From: Macrostomum hystrix
Lineage: Eukaryota > Animalia > Platyhelminthes
Direction: 5' to 3'
Assembly: GCA_950097015.1 (NCBI GenBank)
Contig: CATNEN010000034.1
Coordinates: 3,472,001 to 3,536,000, forward strand
Length of the DNA: 64,000 bases
Shown here: one piece after another, positions 1 through 24,489 of the stretch
How positions within the stretch are numbered: position 1 is the first letter of the stretch
Layout: each line of letters starts with the position of its first letter
Notes under the pieces: model-generated
The model's database searches: none
What the model was told of the DNA's origin: nothing
The model's input: only the letters and a program-made list of their open reading frames with translations
Translations under genes and position numbers: made by a program

Positions 1-594
1 GTGTTGGATTTAAGGCAAAGCAATTTCCCTAGAAAGTCTCCGAGCAAAGTAACGCGGAGAATCTGCTCGCCAATGCCGGAGGGCTCCAATTCCAGATGGG
101 CGGGCGCCAAGTTGCCCAGGCCTCCATTGCGGACTAGGCAAAGATCAATTAAACCAGCAGTTGCCAAGGTGAGTGAAGATTCTCCGGAAACAATTTCGAT
201 TTAAGCCAAACGGCCAGAGAGGGAGAAAGAAACGCTTAACTCGTTAGCCAATCAACGAAGAGGAAGGGGTTAAGAGCTGATCCGAACACGACCATCGCCA
301 GGTGCTAGGGGGTAAGGAAGGAAGAAAAAGTTATTGAGAGCTGATTGGCTTAGAGATATCGCTTGTACCCATGGCGTTGACTTGGGCCAAACAGAAAGGC
401 TGTGGGAGAGTTCAGTCAGACCACAAAGCTTAAAATGACCCTGGCAGAGGGAGTTAATTAACAATTAATATTCGTACGGGTTGTCGCACTCTCGAAGCGC
501 ACTCGAAAATCGGGATCTTAGTGTGAGAGTTAAAAACCAGACTGCGAAAAATCACGGGCTCTACCTATCTAGTGTTTACTGCCTCCATGCACAG

Positions 595-3500
595 AAGACC
601 TACCTGGACGAGCTGCCGTACTACTCGAGCTACCAGCTGGCGGAAAATGAGGTTCCTCTGGCCAGGTACCTGCTGCCGTCCGATCCCAGCGAGGTGCAGC
701 GAGGCGTCGAGGACGGCCGCTTCCCGACGCTGACCAACCTCGCCCGCCTGCAGCGCCAGCTCGGCCAGCCGCCCAATCCGTCGGGCGACAAAGCGAACGA
801 GTCGCCGCCGGCGCCGTTTCCGCCGCGTCGCACAAAGGCGGAGCTGCTCGGCTCGACTGACTTCAGCGCCACGGACGAGTTCGCCAGGTCGGTGACGCTG
901 CAGCCAAGCGACGACTGGGAGCGGCTGGCGCAACGGCTGTTCGAGCAGAGCCGCAGCAACCTGGACAAGGTGCGGGCGGCCTTCTGCTTCGCCTGCATGC
1001 ACAGGGACCTGCCCGAGGTTGAACACGCCGGCCAACCGTACGAGAATGCTCGTGCGGGCAACTTCAACCAGGTGTTCGCCGCTCTTCTAATGTAAGGCTT
1101 GAAAGGCTCAGCTAAAAATTATCGAGAACTTGGTACTTTGACACTGCAGGGAGGCGAGGGATGCCCATTCCACTAAACTGTATAGTCCCGCAGGCAGGCG
1201 ATGGTGCAGTCAGGTCGGTCCGCCGGTCTTTCCTGCAGCGTTGTATTCCGTGGGGAAGAATCTGGCTTATCTTGTTGCCCGAAAGATCTGGACAGCCATG
1301 TAGTGCTGTCGGGCTGGAAAACTTCACCCGTGGATGGATTGGGCCCGAGTTAGCGCAGCTGGTCTCTCTGAGAGAAAGGGCAGTGACAAACGATTTTGTC
1401 GTTCTCACAGAAATCGCAGAATCTCTAGGTCGCGCTGAAGTAAACAGTGCCAGGCGAGGTAGCCATAGCCCGTGAGAGTCGTGATGAGGGCGCGTTAGGT
1501 TGGTTCCGAGAGTGGAGTTGTTTTTTTCGATTTTGGGTCAGAAGGATGTTCTGGAGCCTGTAACAAGGGTGCAAAGCTGCTAGAAATCTTATTGAGTTCT
1601 CATGGGCTTATCAACAATCCGTACTCACTCTAATCAATTCTAGAATAGCTGACGTGCCAATGCAAGTGATCAGCGGCTACAAGAAGGGCGTCGGCTACGA
1701 GTCGGGGCTCAAGGCGCAGCTCGGTGGTGTCTGGTTCGCCTGCTATGTCGAGGGCGAATGGCGATTCGTAGATCCGCACTGGGCGGCCCAGTCGATTAGC
1801 GACTACGACACGGGAAACTATGGCCGCATCGACCAGCGAGGTTACGTAAAAACTGGCACGGAGACTGATGGAACCACCAACTACCAGCTGAACGAGTTCT
1901 GGTTCCTCACTGACCCGGATCAGTTTGCTGTTAATCACTTCCCGAGCCAGGATCAGCTGCAGTGGCAACTGCTGGCTAGGCCGCTCAGCTTTCACGAGTT
2001 CGAGGAGATAATCAACTACTTTGACGGCACAGAGCAAGAGATGGATCACTACCAACTGGAGCCTGTCAACTATCCGAAGAACCTCATAGTTGCTAGGCCG
2101 GGTCCTGTTGTCATTCAGCTCAAAGAGTTGGCCGGAGAACCATACATTTATGACAGGCAGCTAATGATTCATCGGAAGCACATTAGCGAAGAGTTAAAGA
2201 CGGCCGTTCTCAGCGCCTACCAGCAGAGAGCCTGCCTCAGCAAGGCGATTCGGGTCACCAAGGACACGGTGAAGTTCGTCTTTGAGCCGCCTCATCAGGG
2301 ACAATACGCATTGGCCATCAAGCTGTGGCGCTTGGTCACCGAAGATGCTTTGAGAGGCTGCACATACGCCACCTACACTATCCACTGTCCACAGAGCTGG
2401 GAGTCGGACGATGTCATACCGGAGGGCCTTGAGGATCTGGATGAGTTTGGCGCTGGCCGCAGCCTCCGTCAAGCGGGTTTCGCATCGGACGCACCAGGCG
2501 AGCTGAAGGCGGCAGACGGAGAGGCAGAGCTTGTGATAGAACTACTTGAGAAAGACGGGGACTCAAGGTTTGACTAAAGAAAAATTTAATTAAAAAATTA
2601 AAACTACAAGCGTACATTCTTTTACATGAACAAAACGAGGAGTTTAAGACCTCGAGTTGGGTATTTAACATTTAAGTATAGAATGCGAGTACTCGCGAAA
2701 TATTTGTCTCGCTCTTCTAACAGTGGATGTGCTGAAACAGATTTCCCATAGCCATTCAACTGCTGCATGATGCCAGTACTATTATAGCATCACAAAACAA
2801 TGTTAAAATGCAACACAAAACGTACTTTACATCTAGTTATGATGTAATAGGTCCCCCTAAAAGTTTTTCGTTTGAAATATCATTTAAAGCGTAAAAATCC
2901 CCAGATCGTTGATGTGCCTGGCGCTGGGACCGGATGATCAGCCACTGCCTGCCGGCAGCGTACTGATGTGGCTTGATGAGAGTCGAAACGCCTTCCTGTT
3001 CCTGGCTCCGGACTCCGGCTACTACGCTCTGGTGCTGTACGAGGCCGACCAACCGGTGGGCCAGTTCCTGGTGGACGCCAGCAGCGAGGCGAAGGACGGT
3101 GGCAGCTTCCCGCTGCCCGACTGGGACCGCGTCGGCGGACTAGGGTTCGCAGCTGACCCAACAAGAAGGGCACGTCGGCTGGTTCCGCTGAGTCACCCGA
3201 CACCGTATGTTCGGACGGAAGAGTCGGAGCTGTCGATGCAGTTTGGTGTTATTAGCGGGAACGCAGACACAGTTTTACTCTGCAAGGAATCAGGAGAAGA
3301 AAAGGGACACATCAGTGACTTTGGCATAATTGGGAGCACCGTCGGCAAAGACGAAAGCGGCATCACCGTCGGAAAAGATGAAAGTGGCATCACCGTCGGC
3401 AAAGACGAAAATGGCAGCACCGTCGGCAAAGACGAAAGCGGCATCACCGTCGGAAAAGATGAAAGCGGCATCACCGTCGGAAAAGATGAAAGTGGCATCA

Positions 3501-6500
3501 CCGTCGGCAAAGACGAAAATGGCATCACCGTCGGCAAAGACGAAAGTGGCAGCACCGTCGGCAAAGATGAAAGTGGCAGCACCGTCGGCAAAGATGAAAG
3601 CGACAGCACAGTCGGCAAAGATGAAAGCGACAGCACGGTCGGCAAAGACGAAAGCGCCAGCACCATTGGCAAAGACGAAAGCGGAAGTCAAGAAGTCAAG
3701 GCCGAAAGCGGCAGCACTGACGTCAAAGAGGAAAGCGACAGCACTGTCGGCAAAGATGAAAGCGGTAGCACCGTCGGCAAAGACGAAAGCGGCAGCACCG
3801 TTGGCAAAGACGAAAGCGGCAGCACCGTCGGCAAAGACGAAAGCGGCAGCACCATCGGCAAAGACGAAAGCGGCAGCACCATCGGCAGAGACGAAAGCGG
3901 CAGCACCGTCGGCAAAGACGAAAGCGGAAGTCAAGAAGTCAAGGCCGAAAGCGGCAGCACTGTCGGCAAAGATGAAAGCGGCAGCACCGTCGGCAAAGAT
4001 GAAAGCGGCAGCACTGTCGGCAAAGATGAAAGCGGCAGCACTGTCGGCAAAGATGAAAGCGGCAGCACCGCTGGCAAAGATGAAAGCGGCAGCACCGTTG
4101 GCAAAGATGAAAGCGGCAGCACCGTTGGCAAAGATGAAAGCGGCAGCACCGTTGGCAAAGATGATAGCGGCAGCACCGTCGGCAAAGCCGAAAGCGGCAG
4201 CACCGTCGGCAAAGACGAAAGCGGCAGCACCATCGGCAAAGACGAAAGCGGCAGCACCGTCGGCAAAGACAAAAGCGGAAGTCAAGAAGTCAAGGCCGAA
4301 AGCGGCAGCACTGTCGGCAAAGATGAAAGCGGCAGCACCGTCGGCAAAGATGAAAGCGGCAGCACTGTCGGCAAAGATGAAAGCGGCAGCACCGTCGGCA
4401 AAGATGAAAGCGGCAGCACCGCTGGCAAAGATGATAGCGGCAGCACCGTTGGCAAAGATGAAAGCGGCAGCACCGTTGGCAAAGATGATAACGGCAGCAC
4501 CGTTGGCAAAGATGAAAGCGGCAGCACCGTTGGCAAAGATGATAACGGCAGCACCGTTGGCAAAGATGAAAGCGGCAGCACCGTTGGCAAAGATGATAAC
4601 GGCAGCACCGTTGGCAAAGATGATAGCGGCAGCACCGTCGGCAAAGACGAAAGCGCCAGCACCATTGGCAAAGAGGAAAGTGGAAGTCAAGAAGTCAAGG
4701 CCGAAAGCGGCAGCACCGTCGTCAAAGAGGAAAGCGGCAAGCGGCCAGTGGTCGAAAGTGGTAAATATAATGGCAGTGACGAAATGCAAAGTGGTAAAGG
4801 CGATCTGAGTGATGACATCATCACCGGAGGAGTCGGCATTGGCAGCTGCGACGAAGTAAAATACAATCTAGCTCACAGTATTAGCGTTGAGAGTGATCCA
4901 GGCCGAAAAGATTTTAGTAATGGCGAATTTGGGGCCAAAAAAGATGATGTCGAAACTCATGTTGGTAGAATAGCCATCGCTGACGTCGGCAGAATCGAGC
5001 TGAGGGCGGAGATGCTCGTGGTCGGAGCGGATAGCTCAACGGAGCCCCTGACTGATTTCTGTCTCGTGAGCGGCATTGAGGAAGGCGGATACGAAGTTCG
5101 CTGCCGATTTCCCCGCGCCGGCCACTACCTACTGCGTCTGACTTCGCGAGAGGGTGGAGGCGACTGGCGACTGTTCTACACGTACTTCGTGCGAGCTGTC
5201 GGACAACTGGACGGCTCCGCGGCTGCGTTTCCTCGCCTCGCACACGACTGGCCGGCCGGAGGGGCTCTCTTGGAGCCGCTGGACCGCACGCTGCCAGTCG
5301 GACTGCCGACTCCGTTCCGCATTCGCCTAGGAGACTCGACGGCGACTGCGATCGATGGCGTCGAGATTCTCGACGAGCGGAGCGGACACCGAGAGGCGCT
5401 GAGACGTGACCCGGCCGATCCGCGACTGTGGGTCGGGTCTGTGACTGCTCAAGGTGGAGACAGTGCTGACGCTGAAGACGACAAAGGTGGTGGCGTGACG
5501 GTTGTTGCGAGACTCGAAGGCGGCACGGAGGTGGAGCTGGTGAAGCTGGACATCGAGTCGAAGGCCAGCGCCGAAGCCAAAGCGGCCGCTTTGCGCGAAG
5601 CTGAGTCGCTGAACGAGCGACGAGAGGCGTTAGAGGAGAATCGGAAGCGGAAGCAGGAGAACCGGAACAGACGGGACCAGGGACTCGAGCCACTTCTGAT
5701 CAAGGTAAAGGAAGTTTTTCTTTGTCAAATGTGAGCCTCGTTTCTTGATTAATAATAAAATAAACACTCCTTATAGACCTATGCCGAGGTTATTGCTGAC
5801 GTAGAGGCGAATTCGGCTGCTGCGTTAGCTAAAGTGGCTGCTAGACGGAAGGCTTTGGCTTTGGCGAGTTCGGCGGCAAATGCTGCGGCTGAAGCCAATG
5901 CGGCTTTAAAATCAGCCGTGGCAGCCGCATCTGGTGTGAAGGCCTTGGCAAGAGCGGTTCCGAAATATGTGGCCCAGGCACAGGCGGCTGCAAAGTCTGC
6001 TGCTATGGCTGAATCCGCAACAATAGCAGCAGCGGAAGTGGAAGAGATTTCAAAGTCAGCAGAAGGCGCCAGGATGACAGCGAAGGCGTCGGCCCAGGCG
6101 GAAACGTCAGCTAAAGCGGCGACTCTGGCGACGTCACAGATCGAAGCAATCCTAGGCATCGCTTCCGAGGCTGAGACAAAGACGAAGTTGGCGGCCGAAG
6201 CTGCGGCAAACGCAGCGACAAGTTCCGCTTTCGAAGCGGAGGCTGCAGACTCAGCTGAGGCTGATGTGGCGGTGAAATCGGCGGCAGCTTCTTCGGAAGA
6301 GGCGGAGGCATCAGCTAGAGCGGTTGCTGAGATAGTAGTGAAAGTCACAACTGAGTTTGGCGTGGCTTCAAAGGGGTCTGAAATGGCGGCCGCGGCAGCC
6401 GAGGCGGCAGCGAAGTCGGCAGCAGATGCGAATGCCGCGGCAAAGGAGGCTTCGGAGATGGTTGCGGCAGAGAAGGCGGAAACCAAAATGCTGATTGCGC

Positions 6501-7758
6501 AGCTGGACGCAGCTCTGCTGGAAAGAAGTCTAGCTCGCCTGCGGAAGACCATCCAGTTGCTGAGGCGACACGAGGTTAAGCTGCGGGGAACCTCTTTAAA
6601 AAAGTACCAAGAAGCGCAGCTAACGCTGACAGCTCTGCAGCACAGAAAGGGTGAGAAAGACAGAAGGCCGGGGTGTCTCGTAGTGTCTGCTACATTTTTT
6701 CTCTCCTCCACAATGCCGACAGACCTTCGGGACGCCATGGCGGAAGCTCAGCGAACCCGCAACTCGCACCGCCTGCGCACGCTGGTTCAACGCCTAGAGG
6801 ACGAGGCTGAGCGGGAGCCGCTCACGGAGGCCCAGCTCGCGCTGTTCCGTGAGGATCTCCGTCTCGCTCGGGAGGCCATCCAGCGGGACGACCGGCTAGA
6901 GCGAATGCCGCAGCACCGGCTGGAGATGAACCCCAAGAGCCTCACCGAGCTGCGGCAGTACAGTCGGCCAGTGGAGGCCGTGCACAAGACTGTGCAAGCG
7001 CTGCTGCTTCTGCTGGGCAACTACGAGAAGCGCACCCGGGTGAGGGAGCAGTTTCGAGGATTCCTTTTTTAAATCATAAACTTTTGTTCAAACTATGAGC
7101 ATGTTGCCAGCAAGGAATGTCTCACAAGTTGTTTTAGGACGCCGTTGTGCTCAGTAAGTTTTTGACTCACAATTTCGAATGGATTAAGACTATATTGCTG
7201 GTCAAGTTTGAGGGCCCGCAGCACTAAGCTGAGATGCTTGTCTAGATTGGCAGAATGACCTTGTACAGAACGGCATATTCAACCTCCGGAACCACTGTTG
7301 CTTCTTACATTCGGGAGTAATCAAATGCTATCTCTTTTAGAAATGGCCGCGCTGTCAGCCGCTGCTGAAGAACATCACCAAGCTCGTGGCGGACTTCCAG
7401 CCGCGCTTGGTCGATCCTCGCATCGCCGCTCGCAGCCGGGAGATCCTGGACGGCATCGACAAGCGGGAGATCGCGCTCCAGAGCGCAGCCGCCTTTTCCT
7501 TCTACGAATGGGTGGGTCCCGTGCACTTTTAACGCCTCGACCTTGATTTCCTAAGTTACGTTTTCTCCGAAACTGTTCTTGAACATTTTGCATTTTTTTG
7601 CCAACCTCTAGGCGGTCAAGACCACAGACTCCATCAAGGAGGTGTGCACCTCAGACGACTTCGTGCCGGCCAAAATGGCTCAGCAGAGGTGCATCCTGGG
7701 GGTGACGGTTGAGGAGGACGCGGAGCTGAACTTTCAGGACGAGGGCACCCGAAAATAG
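595..7758 (+). CDS. KY/hillarin-like transglutaminase-fold protein, 5'-partial; join(595..1091,1644..2567,2905..5704,5777..6650,6723..7039,7341..7511,7612..7758), about 1909 aa in window
   Basis: All junctions are GT-AG and phase-consistent. Motifs VFAALLIIADVPMQVISGYKKGVGY and WFACYVEGEWRFVDPHWAA match the KY/hillarin transglutaminase-like core. They are followed by NEFWFLTDPDQF..HFP..WQLL, KY-type beta-sandwich repeats, an Ala-rich helical exon and a C-terminal helical domain. The first exon opens at an acceptor (cacag|AAG) with no ATG. Confidence 0.8.
3330..4735 (+). repeat. Coding 27-bp tandem repeat (9-aa KDESGSTVG units) in exon 3 of the KY-like gene
   Basis: Roughly 50 in-frame units seen directly. 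A variant block GSQEVKAES recurs at about 3685, 3927, 4278 and 4681. Confidence 0.95.
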
Positions 7759-8400
7759 AGTGGGTTCGCGCAATGACACCGCTGCTAGCAAATTTGTTCA
7801 GGAAGACTGATCGATAAAGTTTTTTACCTGATGACTACTCTAAATAGGACTGATCGAGCAGATTTTATCAGGAGTCGTCCCATGTACCGTTCAAGGCATA
7901 GACTAATCAAACAATCACAAACTAAAAATCTAGAATTCAAATCCTGATTTAGTGTACTTTTTGAGTCTAGATTGCCTACGAAACTGTATTTTTTTCCTAG
8001 CAATACTGGTATTATTGACTTTCGAATTGCAATATGATTTATTGTCCCTGGGATTCCCTATCACGCAATAATAGAAATTCAACATTAGTTCGAGAATTCC
8101 ACTCAAAGCTTCTTAATAAAGCATCAGAAAATTTCCTGCTTTTATTTTAACGTGTGGAATGACAGTACATGCCAATGCTTCGTTAGATCTTGATGCGAGA
8201 TATCGATAATAATGAAAGTTGTGAATCCAGGTAAATAAAAAGTTTCAGAGGGTTAAAAAATATTAGCAATATTAATGGCAAAATAGCTGAGTCCATGACA
8301 GACCCTGTGAGGAATTTGAGCGGTGGACCTATATAAGTCAGGATTGCCATCCCATAGTCATACGCGCCTCTCTGAGCCTTTCAATTTGTCATGTTCGGTC

Positions 8401-9290
8401 CTAAACACCTGGAGTCTTCCAGCACATTACAATGTACCGACCGATCTTGAAAAAGAAGGACAACCCCGGCTCGTGGCTGTAGCTGGCCCAGTACTGTCCG
8501 GTAACCATGACTACGTGCCACAGCTTGCCAAACTGGCCATCCAATTGCTGTTTGAGATGACCGGCGATCTCCTTTTCATCCTTGCCGTGTCGCTGAGCAT
8601 CTCGGAACAGCTCCGACACTTCGACCTGCATCTCCAGACCCATGCTGACTGCTATCACGGTGACATCCTCCGGCAGGCGATTGTCGCGGAGGCACTCGGC
8701 CTTGAGCTTGTTGAGGCGGTAGACTCGACTATTCGGAAATGTATAAGTTTGCGTTGGGGGCTGTTGTGTGCCAATTGGGTACAAAAGCTTTCCCAAAAAA
8801 GAGAGACACTTAATAAGAGACTGTAAATGAGCAAATTACTGGGTTAATATTTTAATTGACCATCAGTGCTATTCGTGCACTTACGCTTGCTTTGGATTGA
8901 GGCCCAGGACGTTGCAGTACTCGTCCAATGTGATGGCACCGTCTTCATTTTCATCGAAGAGCTTCATCCATTTCTGAAATAAAGGAAAAAGTCGTTGCTT
9001 CAATAACATTTCAACCAATAAAATTCAGCGGCAGAAAAAAATTGGTAGACCTCGCTAACGTTGGCTTCGAACTGACTGTTAGTCATGTAGGCAGACAGCT
9101 CGTCCGGTGTGATGGATTCGCTGCGATCTTTGTCTACGGCGAAGAACGCGTCCAGGAACGGATTCTGAACGGCCTCTGCAGCGGCCGCGGCATCGGCTCC
9201 GCTACGGCCTGGTGATAGGGGCGGTGGCGCGGGCGACGCTGACCTTGAAGCCGACGCTGTTGAATGAGCCGGTGACACGGAGAGAGACAT
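8401..9290 (-). CDS. Tegument antigen-like (TAL) protein: two EF-hands plus a dynein light chain-like domain; complement(join(8401..8728,8885..8973,9051..9290)), 218 aa
   Basis: EF loops DKDRSESITPDE and DENEDGAITLDE. DLC-like tail EIAGHLKQQLDGQFGKLWHVVMVTGQYWASYSHEPGLSFFFKIGRYIVMCWKTP. Junctions are phase-consistent. Confidence 0.9.
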
Positions 9291-9380
9291 ACTAAGGCCT
9301 GAGTGTCGCCGAGGTCTGTTAAACAAAGGCCAATCCGTAGCGAACTACTCGCGGTATCCTTACATACCAAGACTAGGGGC

Positions 9381-9388
9381 TATTTATA
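9381..9388 (-). promoter_or_regulatory. Possible TATA box of the TAL gene
   Basis: TATAAATA on the minus strand about 90 bp upstream of the ATG at 9290. Motif and position only. Confidence 0.35.
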
Positions 9389-9833
9389 ACTGCCCAACCG
9401 TGTTCTCTCGATCCTCTCCGCATTTTCGCTGGGGATAATAAATATGCCACTCCAAACAGTCTGGTAGCAGATGAGTTAGACTGCTGCAATGAGAGATAAA
9501 AATAGGGTCTTGAGGATTGGGTCAAGAGGATTGGGTCTTGCGTTAATAAAACATGTATGTACAGTACATAGATCCATTCTGTTCTTAGATCGCCTCGTCT
9601 GCTGAGTGCTGTGGGTAGTCCATTAATTATTTATTTACTTCTTCGTAGCCAGAGGCCGGACGTACTGAGATTCATGCCTAGTTCCGAGCCAGAATTCCAC
9701 TCGCATAGCCGCTTACGTTTTCAAATTGCGTCAGTGCAGATCGCTAGGAAAACAGAAGAAAAACAATCTTTAATAGCCGGCGATGGAATACGGCAAACAT
9801 TTTAATTGCCTCAGCCTTTATTCTAAACTGCAT

Positions 9834-10830
9834 CAGTGTTGGGAGCGTTACCAAAAAAGTAACGGCGATGGCGGTAAAGATCGTTACTGCCGTTTGGTAA
9901 CGGAAAAATTTGGAATAAAAAATACTTAAAATAGTAGTGCTCGTTACTTTTGTGTTTTTTAAATTTTACTATAAATATGCTATTTTTTATGTAAGCATTT
10001 CATAATGTTGCAGGTCTTATTTAATAAATCTTGTCGCTGACACCAAAGTTGTTGCAGGGCTATTCTATAATATTTAATATCCCACGAATGCCACCAAAGT
10101 TGTACTAGGGCGGATCTCACTGCTGCTGTCTCAATGTAATAGATATTTAGACTGGCGGTCCTTAAATGGGCCGTTTTAACTCCTCAATTATGGTAGCGTA
10201 TGTATTGCACGAGCGGTAAGTAGGCAACTGTATGCGTTTCCAGTCAATTAGGCGTCCCCGAGATTAGAGTTTAGCAGTTTCCCTTTAATATTCTTGGTAT
10301 AAATCTGAGTATGATTCTTAGTATGATTCTTAGTATGATTCTTAGTATGGTTCTTAGTATAATTCTTAGTAATTCTTAGATTCGATTGATAACATTGATG
10401 ATTGATGACAATATAAAATTGTCGTCAGAGTAAAGTATCTGACTAATAGACAGTTTCTGAATTGACTAATAAATATTTTGCGAAATTTGGATTTCGCATA
10501 AAAACAAAAAAGCTTCTAATCAAAATGAATGCAAAGTGTATCAATTCAAAACAAAGAAATCGCAAGATATAGTTGCAAATGGTATAAATTTTACTATTTT
10601 TATACTAGAAATTCAAAAAAATACAGTACTTAATTCTAATTTTTTAAATCATTTTTTCGGAAAATGGAAATGGTTACAGGTAACAGGTAACGGGAAATGG
10701 ACACTGTGGGTAACGAGTCGTTAATATCATTTTCGTTATCAGCCCGTGGTAACGCGAAAAAGTAACGTTGCAAAAAGTAACGATCGTTACTCAATTGGTA
10801 CTATAGTAACGAGTAACGCGCCCAACACTG
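9834..10830. mobile_element. Non-autonomous DNA transposon (MITE-like, about 1 kb)
   Basis: 18-bp TIR CAGTGTTGGG(A/C)GCGTTAC with 1 mismatch, plus subterminal GTAAC(G) repeats at both ends. No clear TSD. Confidence 0.7.
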
Positions 10831-12439
10831 CACTGGTCATTATATGTAAGTTTGAGTGAAACGATGCGCCATGTTTCAGAAAACTAAATCTATATGACGT
10901 CATCAAAATACATTAGTGTTATATTTACTACTAGGACTTATGATATGATAATCCACGGTCCATGCACAGCTACATGCATGATACCTGTTCTAAACAAGTA
11001 GAAACGGATAAATGTTCTAAACAAGTAGGTAGTTTTTTAACGCTTCTAATTTTTATGTTTTTTTATATTTCGATTTTTATGTAGATATGAGCCAGCTCGT
11101 AGGTCGCATATAGCATTTTCATATTACCGATTTCAGAACCAGCGAATCAGTTCTGAAACTCCACGAAATAAAGCAGTAAAACTTTTGAGTGCCCTATAGA
11201 ACGATAATCAATTTGAGGTTAGCTTAAAATCTAATTGAAATTTCGATTACTATTGGAAAGAACTGAAGTAAGCTTAGCTGTAGGGAGCCGGGCCTCATCT
11301 CTCCGCAACTATACCCCACACGTCTGATATACTTCGTAGCTTTGGGTGTGACGTGTTTGAGAATATAGAGATGTAGAGAATTTCTTATGTTTTCTAATTC
11401 ATCAGATTTTATTGACGATTCCTGGTGTTGCAGTTAACAATGTCCCGCAGGCAATGCGGTTTGTGGTATCCAGTATATCCAGAAGAAAAATTGAACAGGG
11501 TGCATAAAACTGTGGTCATTCTTAAGACTGCTTTCGGGGTCAAACTGCGACCGTGTCACAAGCCGGCGAATTCGTTACGTGCTATCTAAGTATTCAAGTA
11601 GTATAATTATTATAATTTTTTTGCGGAAATCAGCCGAGTTAAGTTAAGATAACTTCTTAAAATAAAGATAAGATAACTTATTTAACTCAGGATTACTTCA
11701 TTTTATATCTGGGTCAAACCGATTCGTAGTTATTTCCCACAGTTTCAATGTTTAAAAGTTGCAAAATAGTTTTCTTTTATCGATATGCCAAACACACAAA
11801 ATTAACTTACTTTCTGTGTTCTCTAGTGCCGACATCATGCACGTTGACACTTTCAAGAGACTTATTATGTACCGTTATACCGAAACTGCTTGCAGTTTCT
11901 TCTAAAAGAAACAGAAGCTCTCATTTCAATTCGTGTACAGTATATGTGCTGTAAATACATTCTTCCCGAACTCTAGCCGTTTAACATTTGGGTCCGGTGC
12001 CGGATCTCTAGCCACTGCCGAAAAAATACGTAAAAATAAACAAAAAGTATAAAATATTACTTTTTATAAACGAACGTCTTACTTTTTATTAAAAACTCAC
12101 TACCAGTGGGTTTTTAGTAAAACTTGCTAGAAAATTATATTCTCACGCTTCTTTCAGGGTAGTTATTCATTGTCGGATTCGAAACGTTCTTTCCTGGGTT
12201 CGTGAGCCTTAAATTTTGTGATTAATAATATATATTTGTGATTTGCATAAAGAGGTTATTTATGTTTGCTGTATTTACGGAGAGCTCGTTGTTTTAAACT
12301 GTGAAGTTTTTTATTTTCCTGATAGACCAAGGCTCATCGGTCGACTGGACTTTTTTGTAACCGCTGTCTATTAAGTTTCAATTTATATTTTAGTTGTGAC
12401 ATTGTTATCAGTAAGCTGCAAAAACATACGATTGAACAC

Positions 12440-24489
<12,050 letters not shown>

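Noticed and set aside
1-1480. Possible decayed non-LTR fragments at 1..470 and 1112..1410 (minus strand)
   Set aside because: Only faint hints (LGDF, CGLTE, G.GIP.L) amid stops; too weak to call without a profile search.
3193-6738. Alternative-frame and antisense ORFs over the repeat and Ala-rich exons
   Set aside because: Shadows of low-complexity coding sequence.
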